Positions 12,301-23,968 of a DNA stretch of 64,000 nt are shown here, in pieces (positions within the stretch are counted from its first letter, which is position 1; every line of letters starts with the position of its first letter). Source of the stretch: Balanoglossus misakiensis (taxonomy: Eukaryota > Animalia > Hemichordata); NCBI GenBank assembly GCA_040954595.2, contig JBECUI020000029.1, positions 62,001 to 126,000 of the forward strand. Direction: 5' to 3'. Under the pieces are notes generated by a model. The model saw only the letters and a program-made list of their open reading frames with translations. It was not told where the DNA came from and did no database searches. Made by a program: the position numbers and the translations under genes.

Positions 12301-15300
12301 GAGGAGAGCACCTTCCTTCCCGGCACGCCACCAAGTAAAGTTCCACGCCGCCCACCACAGATGCCAGCATTCATTCATGCGAGTGAGTGTAATTGCAAAT
12401 TTGCCTATTCTAGATCTGTAATGGAAATGGAGAAAGTACCTTATATTTTCTGTAAAATAGACATTTAATTGGCAAGCCGTCCTGCATCAATTATTAATTG
12501 TGTACATGCACTAAAGCGCCCTCACTGCTGGGTGTGTTGTATGGTCTTTAACCCTGTTTCAAATTAGAGTACTTTCTGCAATTTCAAGACAGATCTTACG
12601 TGCCATTGGAGAGCTCCATTGACTGGTCATTCATACTGTTTTCATTCATTCATTGCGGCATCAATATATTTTATCTATTCTAGCCAAAGAGCTTGGCACC
12701 TGTTGAAATGAACTCATCTGCTGTGGGCCAGTTTATTGGTGGCAGTTGAGCTGAGGAGAGCACCTTCCTTCCCGGCACGCCACCAAGTAAAGTTCCACGC
12801 CGCCCACCACAGATGCCAGCATTCATTCATGCGAGTGAGTGTAATTGCAAATTTGCCTATTCTAGAATTCTTACGTGCCATTGGAGAGCTCCATTGACTG
12901 GTCATTCATACTGTTTTCATTCATTCATTGCGGCATCAATATATTTTATCTATTCTAGCCAAAGAGCTTGGCACCTGTTGAAATGAACTCATCTGCTGTG
13001 GGCCAGTTTATTGGTGGCAGTTGAGCTGAGGAGAGCACCTTCCTTCCCGGCACGCCACCAAGTAAAGTTCCACGCCGCCCACCACAGATGCCAGCATTCA
13101 TTCATGCGAGTGAGTGTAATTGCAAATTTGCCTATTCTAGATCTGTAATGGAAATGGAGAAAGTACCTTATATTTTCTGTAAAATAGACATTTAATTGGC
13201 AAGCCGTCCTGCATCAATTATTAATTGTGTACATGCACTAAAGCGCCCTCACTGCTGGGTGTGTTGTATGGTCTTTAACCCTGTTTCAAATTAGAGTACT
13301 TTCTGCAATTTCAAGACAGATCTTACGTGCCATTGGAGAGCTCCATTGACTGGTCATTCATACTGTTTTCATTCATTCATTGCGGCATCAATATATTTTA
13401 TCTATTCTAGCCAAAGAGCTTGGCACCTGTTGAAATGAACTCATCTGCTGTGGGCCAGTTTATTGGTGGCAGTTGAGCTGAGGAGAGCACCTTCTTTCCC
13501 GGCACGCCACCAAGTAAAGTTCCACGCCGCCCACCACAGATGCCAGCATTCATTCATGCGAGTGAGTGTAATTGCAAATTTGCCTATTCTAGAATCTTAC
13601 GTGCCATTGGAGAGCTCCATTGACTGGTCATTCATACTGTTTTCATTCATTCATTGCGGCATCAATATATTTTATCTATTCTAGCCAAAGAGCTTGGCAC
13701 CTGTTGAAATGAACTCATCTGCTGTGGGCCAGTTTATTGGTGGCAGTTGAGCTGAGGAGAGCACCTTCTTTCCCGGCACGCCACCAAGTAAAGTTCCACG
13801 CCGCCCACCACAGATGCCAGCATTCATTCATGCGAGTGAGTGTAATTGCAAATTTGCCTATTTACGTGCCATTGGAGAGCTCCATTGACTGGTCATTCAT
13901 ACTGTTTTCATTCATTCATTGCGGCATCAATATATTTTATCTATTCTAGCCAAAGAGCTTGGCACCTGTTGAAATGAACTCATCTGCTGTGGGCCAGTTT
14001 ATTGGTGGCAGTTGAGCTGAGGAGAGCACCTTCCTTCCCGGCACGCCACCAAGTAAAGTTCCACGCCGCCCACCACAGATGCCAGCATTCATTCATGCGA
14101 GTGAGTGTAATTGCAAATTTGCCTATTCTAGATCTGTAATGGAAATGGAGAAAGTACCTTATATTTTCTGTAAAATAGACATTTAATTGGCAAGCCGTCC
14201 TGCATCAATTATTAATTGTGTACATGCACTAAAGCGCCCTCACTGCTGGGTGTGTTGTATGGTCTTTAACCCTGTTTCAAATTAGAGTACTTTCTGCAAT
14301 TTCAAGACAGATCTTACGTGCCATTGGAGAGCTCCATTGACTGGTCATTCATACTGTTTTCATTCATTCATTGCGGCATCAATATATTTTATCTATTCTA
14401 GCCAAAGAGCTTGGCACCTGTTGAAATGAACTCATCTGCTGTGGGCCAGTTTATTGGTGGCAGTTGAGCTGAGGAGAGCACCTTCTTTCCCGGCACGCCA
14501 CCAAGTAAAGTTCCACGCCGCCCACCACAGATGCCAGCATTCATTCATGCGAGTGAGTGTAATTGCAAATTTGCCTATTCTAGAATCTTACGTGCCATTG
14601 GAGAGCTCCATTGACTGGTCATTCATACTGTTTTCATTCATTCATTGCGGCATCAATATATTTTATCTATTCTAGCCAAAGAGCTTGGCACCTGTTGAAA
14701 TGAACTCATCTGCTGTGGGCCAGTTTATTGGTGGCAGTTGAGCTGAGGAGAGCACCTTCTTTCCCGGCACGCCACCAAGTAAAGTTCCACGCCGCCCACC
14801 ACAGATGCCAGCATTCATTCATGCGAGTGAGTGTAATTGCAAATTTGCCTATTCTAGAATCTTACGTGCCATTGGAGAGCTCCATTGACTGGTCATTCAT
14901 ACTGTTTTCATTCATTCATTGCGGCATCAATATATTTTATCTATTCTAGCCAAAGAGCTTGGCACCTGTTGAAATGAACTCATCTGCTGTGGGCCAGTTT
15001 ATTGGTGGCAGTTGAGCTGAGGAGAGCACCTTCCTTCCCGGCACGCCACCAAGTAAAGTTCCACGCCGCCCACCACAGATGCCAGCATTCATTCATGCGA
15101 GTGAGTGTAATTGCAAATTTGCCTATTCTAGAATCTTACGTGCCATTGGAGAGCTCCATTGACTGGTCATTCATACTGTTTTCATTCATTCATTGCGGCA
15201 TCAATATATTTTATCTATTCTAGCCAAAGAGCTTGGCACCTGTTGAAATGAACTCATCTGCTGTGGGCCAGTTTATTGGTGGCAGTTGAGCTGAGGAGAG

Positions 15301-18300
15301 CACCTTCCTTCCCGGCACGCCACCAAGTAAAGTTCCACGCCGCCCACCACAGATGCCAGCATTCATTCATGCGAGTGAGTGTAATTGCAAATTTGCCTAT
15401 TCTAGAATCTTACGTGCCATTGGAGAGCTCCATTGACTGGTCATTCATACTGTTTTCATTCATTCATTGCGGCATCAATATATTTTATCTATTCTAGCCG
15501 AAGAGCTTGGCACCTGTTGAAATGAACTCATCTGCTGTGGGCCAGTTTATTGGTGGCAGTTGAGCTGAGGAGAGCACCTTCCTTCCCGGCACGCCACCAA
15601 GTAAAGTTCCACGCCGCCCACCACAGATGCCAGCATTCATTCATGCGAGTGAGTGTAATTGCAAATTTGCCTATTCTAGATCTGTAATGGAAATGGAGAA
15701 AGTACCTTATATTTTCTGTAAAATAGACATTTAATTGGCAAGCCGTCCTGCATCAATTATTAATTGTGTACATGCACTAAAGCGCCCTCACTGCTGGGTG
15801 TGTTGTATGGTCTTTAACCCTGTTTCAAATTAGAGTACTTTCTGCAATTTCAAGACAGATCTTACGTGCCATTGGAGAGCTCCATTGACTGGTCATTCAT
15901 ACTGTTTTCATTCATTCATTGCGGCATCAATATATTTTATCTATTCTAGCCAAAGAGCTTGGCACCTGTTGAAATGAACTCATCTGCTGTGGGCCAGTTT
16001 ATTGGTGGCAGTTGAGCTGAGGAGAGCACCTTCCTTCCCGGCACGCCACCAAGTAAAGTTCCACGCCGCCCACCACAGATGCCAGCATTCATTCATGCGA
16101 GTGAGTGTAATTGCAAATTTGCCTATTCTAGATTCTTACGTGCCATTGGAGAGCTCCATTGACTGGTCATTCATACTGTTTTCATTCATTCATTGCGGCA
16201 TCAATATATTTTATCTATTCTAGCCAAAGAGCTTGGCACCTGTTGAAATGAACTCATCTGCTGTGGGCCAGTTTATTGGTGGCAGTTGAGCTGAGGAGAG
16301 CACCTTCCTTCCCGGCACGCCACCAAGTAAAGTTCCACGCCGCCCACCACAGATGCCAGCATTCATTCATGCGAGTGAGTGTAATTGCAAATTTGCCTAT
16401 TCTAGAATCTTACGTGCCATTGGAGAGCTCCATTGACTGGTCATTCATACTGTTTTCATTCATTCATTGCGGCATCAATATATTTTATCTATTCTAGCCA
16501 AAGAGCTTGGCACCTGTTGAAATGAACTCATCTGCTGTGGGCCAGTTTATTGGTGGCAGTTGAGCTGAGGAGAGCACCTTCCTTCCCGGCACGCCACCAA
16601 GTAAAGTTCCACGCCGCCCACCACAGATGCCAGCATTCATTCATGCGAGTGAGTGTAATTGCAAATTTGCCTATTCTAGATCTGTAATGGAAATGGAGAA
16701 AGTACCTTATATTTTCTGTAAAATAGACATTTAATTGGCAAGCCGTCCTGCATCAATTATTAATTGTGTACATGCACTAAAGCGCCCTCACTGCTGGGTG
16801 TGTTGTATGGTCTTTAACCCTGTTTCAAATTAGAGTACTTTCTGCAATTTCAAGACAGATCTTACGTGCCATTGGAGAGCTCCATTGACTGGTCATTCAT
16901 ACTGTTTTCATTCATTCATTGCGGCATCAATATATTTTATCTATTCTAGCCAAAGAGCTTGGCACCTGTTGAAATGAACTCATCTGCTGTGGGCCAGTTT
17001 ATTGGTGGCAGTTGAGCTGAGGAGAGCACCTTCCTTCCCGGCACGCCACCAAGTAAAGTTCCACGCCGCCCACCACAGATGCCAGCATTCATTCATGCGA
17101 GTGAGTGTAATTGCAAATTTGCCTATTCTAGATCTGTAATGGAAATGGAGAAAGTACCTTATATTTTCTGTAAAATAGACATTTAATTGGCAAGCCGTCC
17201 TGCATCAATTATTAATTGTGTACATGCACTAAAGCGCCCTCACTGCTGGGTGTGTTGTATGGTCTTTAACCCTGTTTCAAATTAGAGTACTTTCTGCAAT
17301 TTCAAGACAGATCTTACGTGCCATTGGAGAGCTCCATTGACTGGTCATTCATACTGTTTTCATTCATTCATTGCGGCATCAATATATTTTATCTATTCTA
17401 GCCAAAGAGCTTGGCACCTGTTGAAATGAACTCATCTGCTGTGGGCCAGTTTATTGGTGGCAGTTGAGCTGAGGAGAGCACCTTCCTTCCCGGCACGCCA
17501 CCAAGTAAAGTTCCACGCCGCCCACCACAGATGCCAGCATTCATTCATGCGAGTGAGTGTAATTGCAAATTTGCCTATTCTAGATCTGTAATGGAAATGG
17601 AGAAAGTACCTTATATTTTCTGTAAAATAGACATTTAATTGGCAAGCCGTCCTGCATCAATTATTAATTGTGTACATGCACTAAAGCGCCCTCACTGCTG
17701 GGTGTGTTGTATGGTCTTTAACCCTGTTTCAAATTAGAGTACTTTCTGCAATTTCAAGACAGATCTTACGTGCCATTGGAGAGCTCCATTGACTGGTCAT
17801 TCATACTGTTTTCATTCATTCATTGCGGCATCAATATATTTTATCTATTCTAGCCAAAGAGCTTGGCACCTGTTGAAATGAACTCATCTGCTGTGGGCCA
17901 GTTTATTGGTGGCAGTTGAGCTGAGGAGAGCACCTTCCTTCCCGGCACGCCACCAAGTAAAGTTCCACGCCGCCCACCACAGATGCCAGCATTCATTCAT
18001 GCGAGTGAGTGTAATTGCAAATTTGCCTATTCTAGATCTGTAATGGAAATGGAGAAAGTACCTTATATTTTCTGTAAAATAGACATTTAATTGGCAAGCC
18101 GTCCTGCATCAATTATTAATTGTGTACATGCACTAAAGCGCCCTCACTGCTGGGTGTGTTGTATGGTCTTTAACCCTGTTTCAAATTAGAGTACTTTCTG
18201 CAATTTCAAGACAGATCTTACGTGCCATTGGAGAGCTCCATTGACTGGTCATTCATACTGTTTTCATTCATTCATTGCGGCATCAATATATTTTATCTAT

Positions 18301-20028
18301 TCTAGCCAAAGAGCTTGGCACCTGTTGAAATGAACTCATCTGCTGTGGGCCAGTTTATTGGTGGCAGTTGAGCTGAGGAGAGCACCTTCCTTCCCGGCAC
18401 GCCACCAAGTAAAGTTCCACGCCGCCCACCACAGATGCCAGCATTCATTCATGCGAGTGAGTGTAATTGCAAATTTGCCTATTCTAGATCTGTAATGGAA
18501 ATGGAGAAAGTACCTTATATTTTCTGTAAAATAGACATTTAATTGGCAAGCCGTCCTGCATCAATTATTAATTGTGTACATGCACTAAAGCGCCCTCACT
18601 GCTGGGTGTGTTGTATGGTCTTTAACCCTGTTTCAAATTAGAGTACTTTCTGCAATTTCAAGACAGATCTTACGTGCCATTGGAGAGCTCCATTGACTGG
18701 TCATTCATACTGTTTTCATTCATTCATTGCGGCATCAATATATTTTATCTATTCTAGCCAAAGAGCTTGGCACCTGTTGAAATGAACTCATCTGCTGTGG
18801 GCCAGTTTATTGGTGGCAGTTGAGCTGAGGAGAGCACCTTCCTTCCCGGCACGCCACCAAGTAAAGTTCCACGCCGCCCACCACAGATGCCAGCATTCAT
18901 TCATGCGAGTGAGTGTAATTGCAAATTTGCCTATTCTAGATCTGTAATGGAAATGGAGAAAGTACCTTATATTTTCTGTAAAATAGACATTTAATTGGCA
19001 AGCCGTCCTGCATCAATTATTAATTGTGTACATGCACTAAAGCGCCCTCACTGCTGGGTGTGTTGTATGGTCTTTAACCCTGTTTCAAATTAGAGTACTT
19101 TCTGCAATTTCAAGACAGATCTTACGTGCCATTGGAGAGCTCCATTGACTGGTCATTCATACTGTTTTCATTCATTCATTGCGGCATCAATATATTTTAT
19201 CTATTCTAGCCAAAGAGCTTGGCACCTGTTGAAATGAACTCATCTGCTGTGGGCCAGTTTATTGGTGGCAGTTGAGCTGAGGAGAGCACCTTCTTTCCCG
19301 GCACGCCACCAAGTAAAGTTCCACGCCGCCCACCACAGATGCCAGCATTCATTCATGCGAGTGAGTGTAATTGCAAATTTGCCTATTTACGTGCCATTGG
19401 AGAGCTCCATTGACTGGTCATTCATACTGTTTTCATTCATTCATTGCGGCATCAATATATTTTATCTATTCTAGCCAAAGAGCTTGGCACCTGTTGAAAT
19501 GAACTCATCTGCTGTGGGCCAGTTTATTGGTGGCAGTTGAGCTGAGGAGAGCACCTTCCTTCCCGGCACGCCACCAAGTAAAGTTCCACGCCGCCCACCA
19601 CAGATGCCAGCATTCATTCATGCGAGTGAGTGTAATTGCAAATTTGCCTATTCTAGATCTGTAATGGAAATGGAGAAAGTACCTTATATTTTCTGTAAAA
19701 TAGACATTTAATTGGCAAGCCGTCCTGCATCAATTATTAATTGTGTACATGCACTAAAGCGCCCTCACTGCTGGGTGTGTTGTATGGTCTTTAACCCTGT
19801 TTCAAATTAGAGTACTTTCTGCAATTTCAAGACAGATCTTACGTGCCATTGGAGAGCTCCATTGACTGGTCATTCATACTGTTTTCATTCATTCATTGCG
19901 GCATCAATATATTTTATCTATTCTAGCCAAAGAGCTTGGCACCTGTTGAAATGAACTCATCTGCTGTGGGCCAGTTTATTGGTGGCAGTTGAGCTGAGGA
20001 GAGCACCTTCCTTCCCGGCACGCCACCA

Positions 20029-21832
20029 AGTAAAGTTCCACGTGCATTCCTGGCCCTGGTTTTATTTATGTTTACAGACAATATTGCATTTTTGTACAAG
20101 TATTTTAATCAACTATAAATTTTGAATGTGTCATTTACCTGAACCGGTCATGTTGACCAGAATGATACATTTCTGCCTTCACTCACCCTATAAATATGTG
20201 ATTGAGACATAGGTCATTTGCATAAGCTAACATACCAGAAAGTAAGCATATCTGTTGTTTTCCCTGTGTCACTGCCATCAAAGTAAAAATTAGACGTTGT
20301 GTAGAGCAAACTCCAATTTTTTGTTCTCAATAAACATGGATGAATTACATAGAATGTGTTTGTTGTTTACAGTCTTTAAATGACACATTAGATTATGCAC
20401 TTTACAAAACGTTTCTGAGAAACAAGTGACTAACTAGTTTCTTTCCACTGTGGCCAACGTGGTTCACTGTTTGTGTCAGAATCTCTCTGTTTTGCAAGGA
20501 TTTTGAAATCATAGTGGTGACATGCATAGTGAAAATCAGCTACTTTCAAATGTCCGTCATGTTCATGCTGTAATTGAATTTTCAAAGCTGGGCTGGCGTG
20601 TTTTTTCTTATTTACATAAGTATCACACTTTATACATGTATCTTCATGGGGTTTTTTGAGTCCCGTATTTAGGTCCTCTCTCACAATTTTACGAAATATC
20701 GTATAACTGACAGTTGTTCTTCCCAGAAGAGATTGGTTGGTTATGAACTCTCGGTGTAACTGCGATATACTGTGGGCCGGCGCCAGGTACGGTTTAAATC
20801 GAGGATTCCTGCAGTAGTGAGATTCTACAATTCTGTGCCTGCGTACGTGTTCAGTGATATCAGTCAGCAAATTTGGATTGAGTTTCCGACGATGCCCTTT
20901 GTGTCGGCCCCTTGCATCTGGCATCAGACCAGTAAAGTTCCATGTGCATTCCTGGCCCTGGTTTTATTTATGTTTACAGACAATATTGCATTTTTGTACA
21001 AGTATTTTAATCAACTATAAATTTTGAATGTGTCATTTACCTGAACCGGTCATGTTGACCAGAATGATACATTTCTGCCTTCACTCACCCTATAAATATG
21101 TGATTGAGACATAGGTCATTTGCATAAGCTAACATACCAGAAAGTAAGCATATCTGATGTTTTCCCTGTGTCACTGCCATCAAAGTAAAAATTAGACGTT
21201 GTGTAGAGCAAACTCCAATTTTTTGTTCTCAATAAACATGGATGAATTACATAGAATGTGTTTGTTGTTTACAGTCTTTAAATGACACATTAGATTATGC
21301 ACTTTACAAAACGTTTCTGAGAAACAAGTGACTAACTAGTTTCTTTCCACTGTGGCCAACGTGGTTCACTGTTTGTGTCAGAATCTCTCTGTTTTGCAAG
21401 GATTTTGAAATCATAGTGGTGACATGCATAGTGAAAATCAGCTACTTTCAAATGTCCGTCATGTTCATGCTGTAATTGAATTTTCAAAGCTGGGCTGGCG
21501 TGTTTTTTCTTATTTACATAAGTATCACACTTTATACATGTATCTTCATGGGGTTTTCTGAGTCCCGTATTTAGGTCCTCTCTCACAATTTTACGAAATA
21601 TCGTATAACTGACAGTTGTTCTTCCCAGAAGAGATTGGTTGGTTATGAACTCTCGGTGTAACTGCGATATACTGTGGTCCGGTGCCAGGTACGGTTTAAA
21701 TCGAGGATTCCTGCAGTAGTGAGATTCTACAATTCTGTGCCTGCGTACGTGTTCAGTGATATCAGTCAGCAAATTTGGATTGAGTTTCCGACGATGCCCT
21801 TTGTGTCGGCCCCTTGCATCTGGCATCAGACC
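20029..21832. repeat. 902-bp direct tandem duplication (20029-20930 and 20931-21832)
   Basis: agtaaagttcca(c/t)gtgcattcctggcc occurs at 20029 and 20931, and the ORF stops at 20430 and 21332 are 902 bp apart. There are few substitutions and an AGT microhomology at the junction. Confidence 0.95.
20430..20924 (-). pseudogene. 5'-truncated duplicate (164 aa) of the transposase N-terminal-half gene
   Basis: Matches the last 164 aa of the 21332-22288 protein apart from two substitutions (PAH/PDH, LKK/LRK). It is cut off by the duplication junction. Confidence 0.8.
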
Positions 21833-22288
21833 AGTTGAACAGTGCATCATTTTGCTTAGAACGGTTCTAGTCCGCCTCTCACTAATGCCAAATAATTTCA
21901 GGAATGCATTTTTGCAGACAGTAACCGTTTCACCGCCTTCATTCACCAGGTGATAACGAACCGATTTCTTGTGTGACTTCATCTGCATATCCATCAGTTT
22001 GTAGAGCATCAAGTTCTGTTCATTATACACGCGACCATCAAAATATTTTCTCGTGGTGCCTAAAACATGCGTACTCCCAAGCTTCCGCATACAATTCCCT
22101 TGAACGCAGGCGCATTCCAAGGAAAGACTGTCAATATCTGGAAAAGGGCGATTTTTCCTTGGTTTTTGTCTCGGACACGTCTTTTTAGAATTCCTACGTG
22201 GCTTGTTGGCTCGAGCTGACAGTTCGGTTCTGCGTTGCTGCCACACAGGAATGGGTTCCCACGCATAAGCAACTCCCCGGCAGGCCAT
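21332..22288 (-). CDS. Sola1-like DNA transposase, N-terminal (DNA/Zn-binding) half, 318 aa from ATG 22288
   Basis: Motifs VCKNAFLKLFGIS, DARGRH, ESHYCR..YL..SISQLH, VSYTIFRKI and KPHEDTCIKCD..HDGHL match the region that precedes the catalytic core in invertebrate Sola1-type transposases (recognised from memory). The ORF is intact and a minus-strand AATAAA lies at ~20963-20968. Confidence 0.75.
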   Translation of the reverse strand: MACRGVAYAWEPIPVWQQRRTELSARANKPRRNSKKTCPRQKPRKNRPFPDIDSLSLECACVQGNCMRKLGSTHVLGTTRKYFDGRVYNEQNLMLYKLMDMQMKSHKKSVRYHLVNEGGETVTVCKNAFLKLFGISERRTRTVLSKMMHCSTGLMPDARGRHKGHRRKLNPNLLTDITEHVRRHRIVESHYCRNPRFKPYLAPDHSISQLHREFITNQSLLGRTTVSYTIFRKIVREDLNTGLRKPHEDTCIKCDTYVNKKKHASPALKIQLQHEHDGHLKVADFHYACHHYDFKILAKQRDSDTNSEPRWPQWKETS

Positions 22289-22335
22289 GGTCACAGCTGA
22301 AGTATTTGTTCAAGTACTGACTGACTAAACGCGGC

Positions 22336-23469
22336 ATGGAACAAACGAACGAACGACTTCACGTTCGGAAAAAAAATCGTTGCGAGCTGTTGGGTGCATG
22401 CCTCTATAGTTGTCGGCAACCGTTCTTTTTTATTGCTAAACAATGCTGTCAGAGCATGGAAGGTGTGGTGGAAAACGAACAGAGGTTTTGTACGACCAAC
22501 GATTGGATGGTGCTACATATGGACTTCCACAAGTCATTGCCGGTTCCTAAACTCAGCTCTGAAGACTTTTACTTTAAATCGAAATTGCAAATGAAGCTCC
22601 TTGGAATTTACAACGGGACAACGGAAAAGATGCATTGTTATGTATGGACAGAGCTCGATAGCAGAAAGTCTCCCGATGAAGTTATTACCTGTCTAAATCA
22701 CTTTTTTTATAACTCGGGTGTGACCAGCAGACATGCAGTTATTTACAGCGACAACTGCCGTGCCGAATTCAAGTGTGGGAAGTTAATGTTTTACTATGAC
22801 TATCTGTTACGAAAGGGCGTGTTTCGACGAATTGACTATAAAACTCTTGTGGCTGGACACACGTACTCCACCTGTGACCGAGTTTTTGCGTCCATTGAAA
22901 GGCATGCAAGTCGTTTCCAGAGTATAGAGACACCTCACGATTGGACATCTGTGATTCGAGGATCTTCTCTGAATGGGAACATTGGAGTTACGGAGATGAC
23001 TCACAGAGACTTTTTCAATTATTCTGATTTCCTGAAAAATGAGTACGTTGTGCGTTATGCAGATACAAACAATGTAACTTTTTACTACCAAGCCATGCAC
23101 TATTTTAATTTTGGAGAAGGAGAAAGGCTTGATACCGACGGCAACCTCAGAACATTTAGTCATGCAGATAAAGTTTGGGTGAGAACATCTCTAGATCCAA
23201 GCGAGACCCCGATTGTAGTCGACTTTAGAAAGAAGAAGCAGAACCGGCGTTTACAAGATTGTACGCTGAACAAACTTTATCAGGAACGTCGACCACTGGC
23301 GAGCAAAGTTTGGCGGGATCTTCAGAGTTTAGCCAAAAATTACCTGTCTCCGGAGGCAATAGAATTTTATAGGAATCTACCGCTTCAGGAGAGTAGTGGC
23401 ACCTCTGCAGACCCGTACGCCTTTCATGATGATGACGACGACGATGATGATGATATGGGCGGTGGTTGA
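22336..23469 (+). CDS. Sola1-like DDD transposase, catalytic (RNase H-fold) half, 377 aa (337 aa if ATG 22456 is used)
   Basis: Motifs HMDFHKSLPVP, FYFKSKL, CYVWTE..RKSPDEVITCL, IYSDNC and KTLVAGHTYSTCDRVFASIE supply three candidate catalytic Asp residues. There is a poly-Asp tail and AATAAA overlaps the stop (23469-23474). Confidence 0.82.
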   Translation: MEQTNERLHVRKKNRCELLGACLYSCRQPFFFIAKQCCQSMEGVVENEQRFCTTNDWMVLHMDFHKSLPVPKLSSEDFYFKSKLQMKLLGIYNGTTEKMHCYVWTELDSRKSPDEVITCLNHFFYNSGVTSRHAVIYSDNCRAEFKCGKLMFYYDYLLRKGVFRRIDYKTLVAGHTYSTCDRVFASIERHASRFQSIETPHDWTSVIRGSSLNGNIGVTEMTHRDFFNYSDFLKNEYVVRYADTNNVTFYYQAMHYFNFGEGERLDTDGNLRTFSHADKVWVRTSLDPSETPIVVDFRKKKQNRRLQDCTLNKLYQERRPLASKVWRDLQSLAKNYLSPEAIEFYRNLPLQESSGTSADPYAFHDDDDDDDDDMGGG

Positions 23470-23630
23470 ATAAACTGTCCTTTTCATGACGACAGTGATT
23501 TTGGATATTTGATGTGCGTGCACAGTTTATATGTAATATTTTCACACGAACGAGTTTTGACTGAATTTGATTAAAGAATGTACTCGATAATTAACAAATG
23601 TGCTGAATCGTGGTTATTATGTTGTTAATT

Positions 23631-23670
23631 TTTGTTTGTTTGTTTGTTTGTTTGTTTGTTTGTTTGTTTG
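23631..23670 (+). repeat. (TTTG)10 microsatellite
   Basis: Directly visible; also present in copy 2 at ~56486-56525. Confidence 0.95.
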
Positions 23671-23803
23671 TAAACAATTTCCGTTCATTCAACTGGCTAC
23701 AAAGTTGGATTTTTGTACTGGGAAGCGATAAACTCGCACATCAAAACCGGGGAGACTCGATCATTTTTCCCTGCAGGTAGCCTGAAAAGCACCCGGGCAG
23801 AGA

Positions 23804-23877
23804 TTACGTCATATATGGTCCACTTTAATACGAAATTATGCAAATGTGACATTTCACGGAAACGGCGTATATAAAAG
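23804..23877 (+). promoter_or_regulatory. Putative Pol II promoter of the winged-helix-SET gene
   Basis: CRE-like TTACGTCA at 23804, octamer ATGCAAAT at 23838 and TATATAAAAG at 23868, about 90 bp upstream of ATG 23969. Confidence 0.5.
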
Positions 23878-23968
23878 CGACCCTGGGCTATTGTTCGGAA
23901 TGCGTCATCGACGAGAGAGTGACTGATAATTCTTCTACCTCGAGTCAACCATTCTGTATATACTGAAC

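Larger units (their letters stand above)
1..20042 (+). repeat. Tandem array 1: ~55 monomers of 452 bp (L), 274 bp (S), 275 bp (E) and 265 bp (S'); runs off the left edge
   Basis: The 452-bp period is visible directly (acatgcactaaagcgccc at 1, 453, 905). The 274-bp period is shown by repeat-ORF starts at 2041/2315/2589/2863. Short forms lack the ~178-bp segment between 'cctattctaga' and 'tcttacgtgcc'. Confidence 0.98.

Noticed and set aside
1-20042. CRISPR-like or guide array
   Set aside because: There are no unique spacers, the monomers are essentially identical, no cas genes are present and the context is eukaryotic.
20905-20930. ctggcatc match between the hairpin motif and the transposase N-half gene as a small-RNA target
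   Set aside because: The match is only 8 nt and has the same sense as the minus-strand mRNA, so it is likely chance.
21320-22460. Invertible segment or trans-splicing that rejoins the transposase halves
   Set aside because: No inverted repeats flank the minus ORF. Its candidate donor (A|GTTAGT at the stop) is out of phase with the AG acceptors just before ATG 22456.
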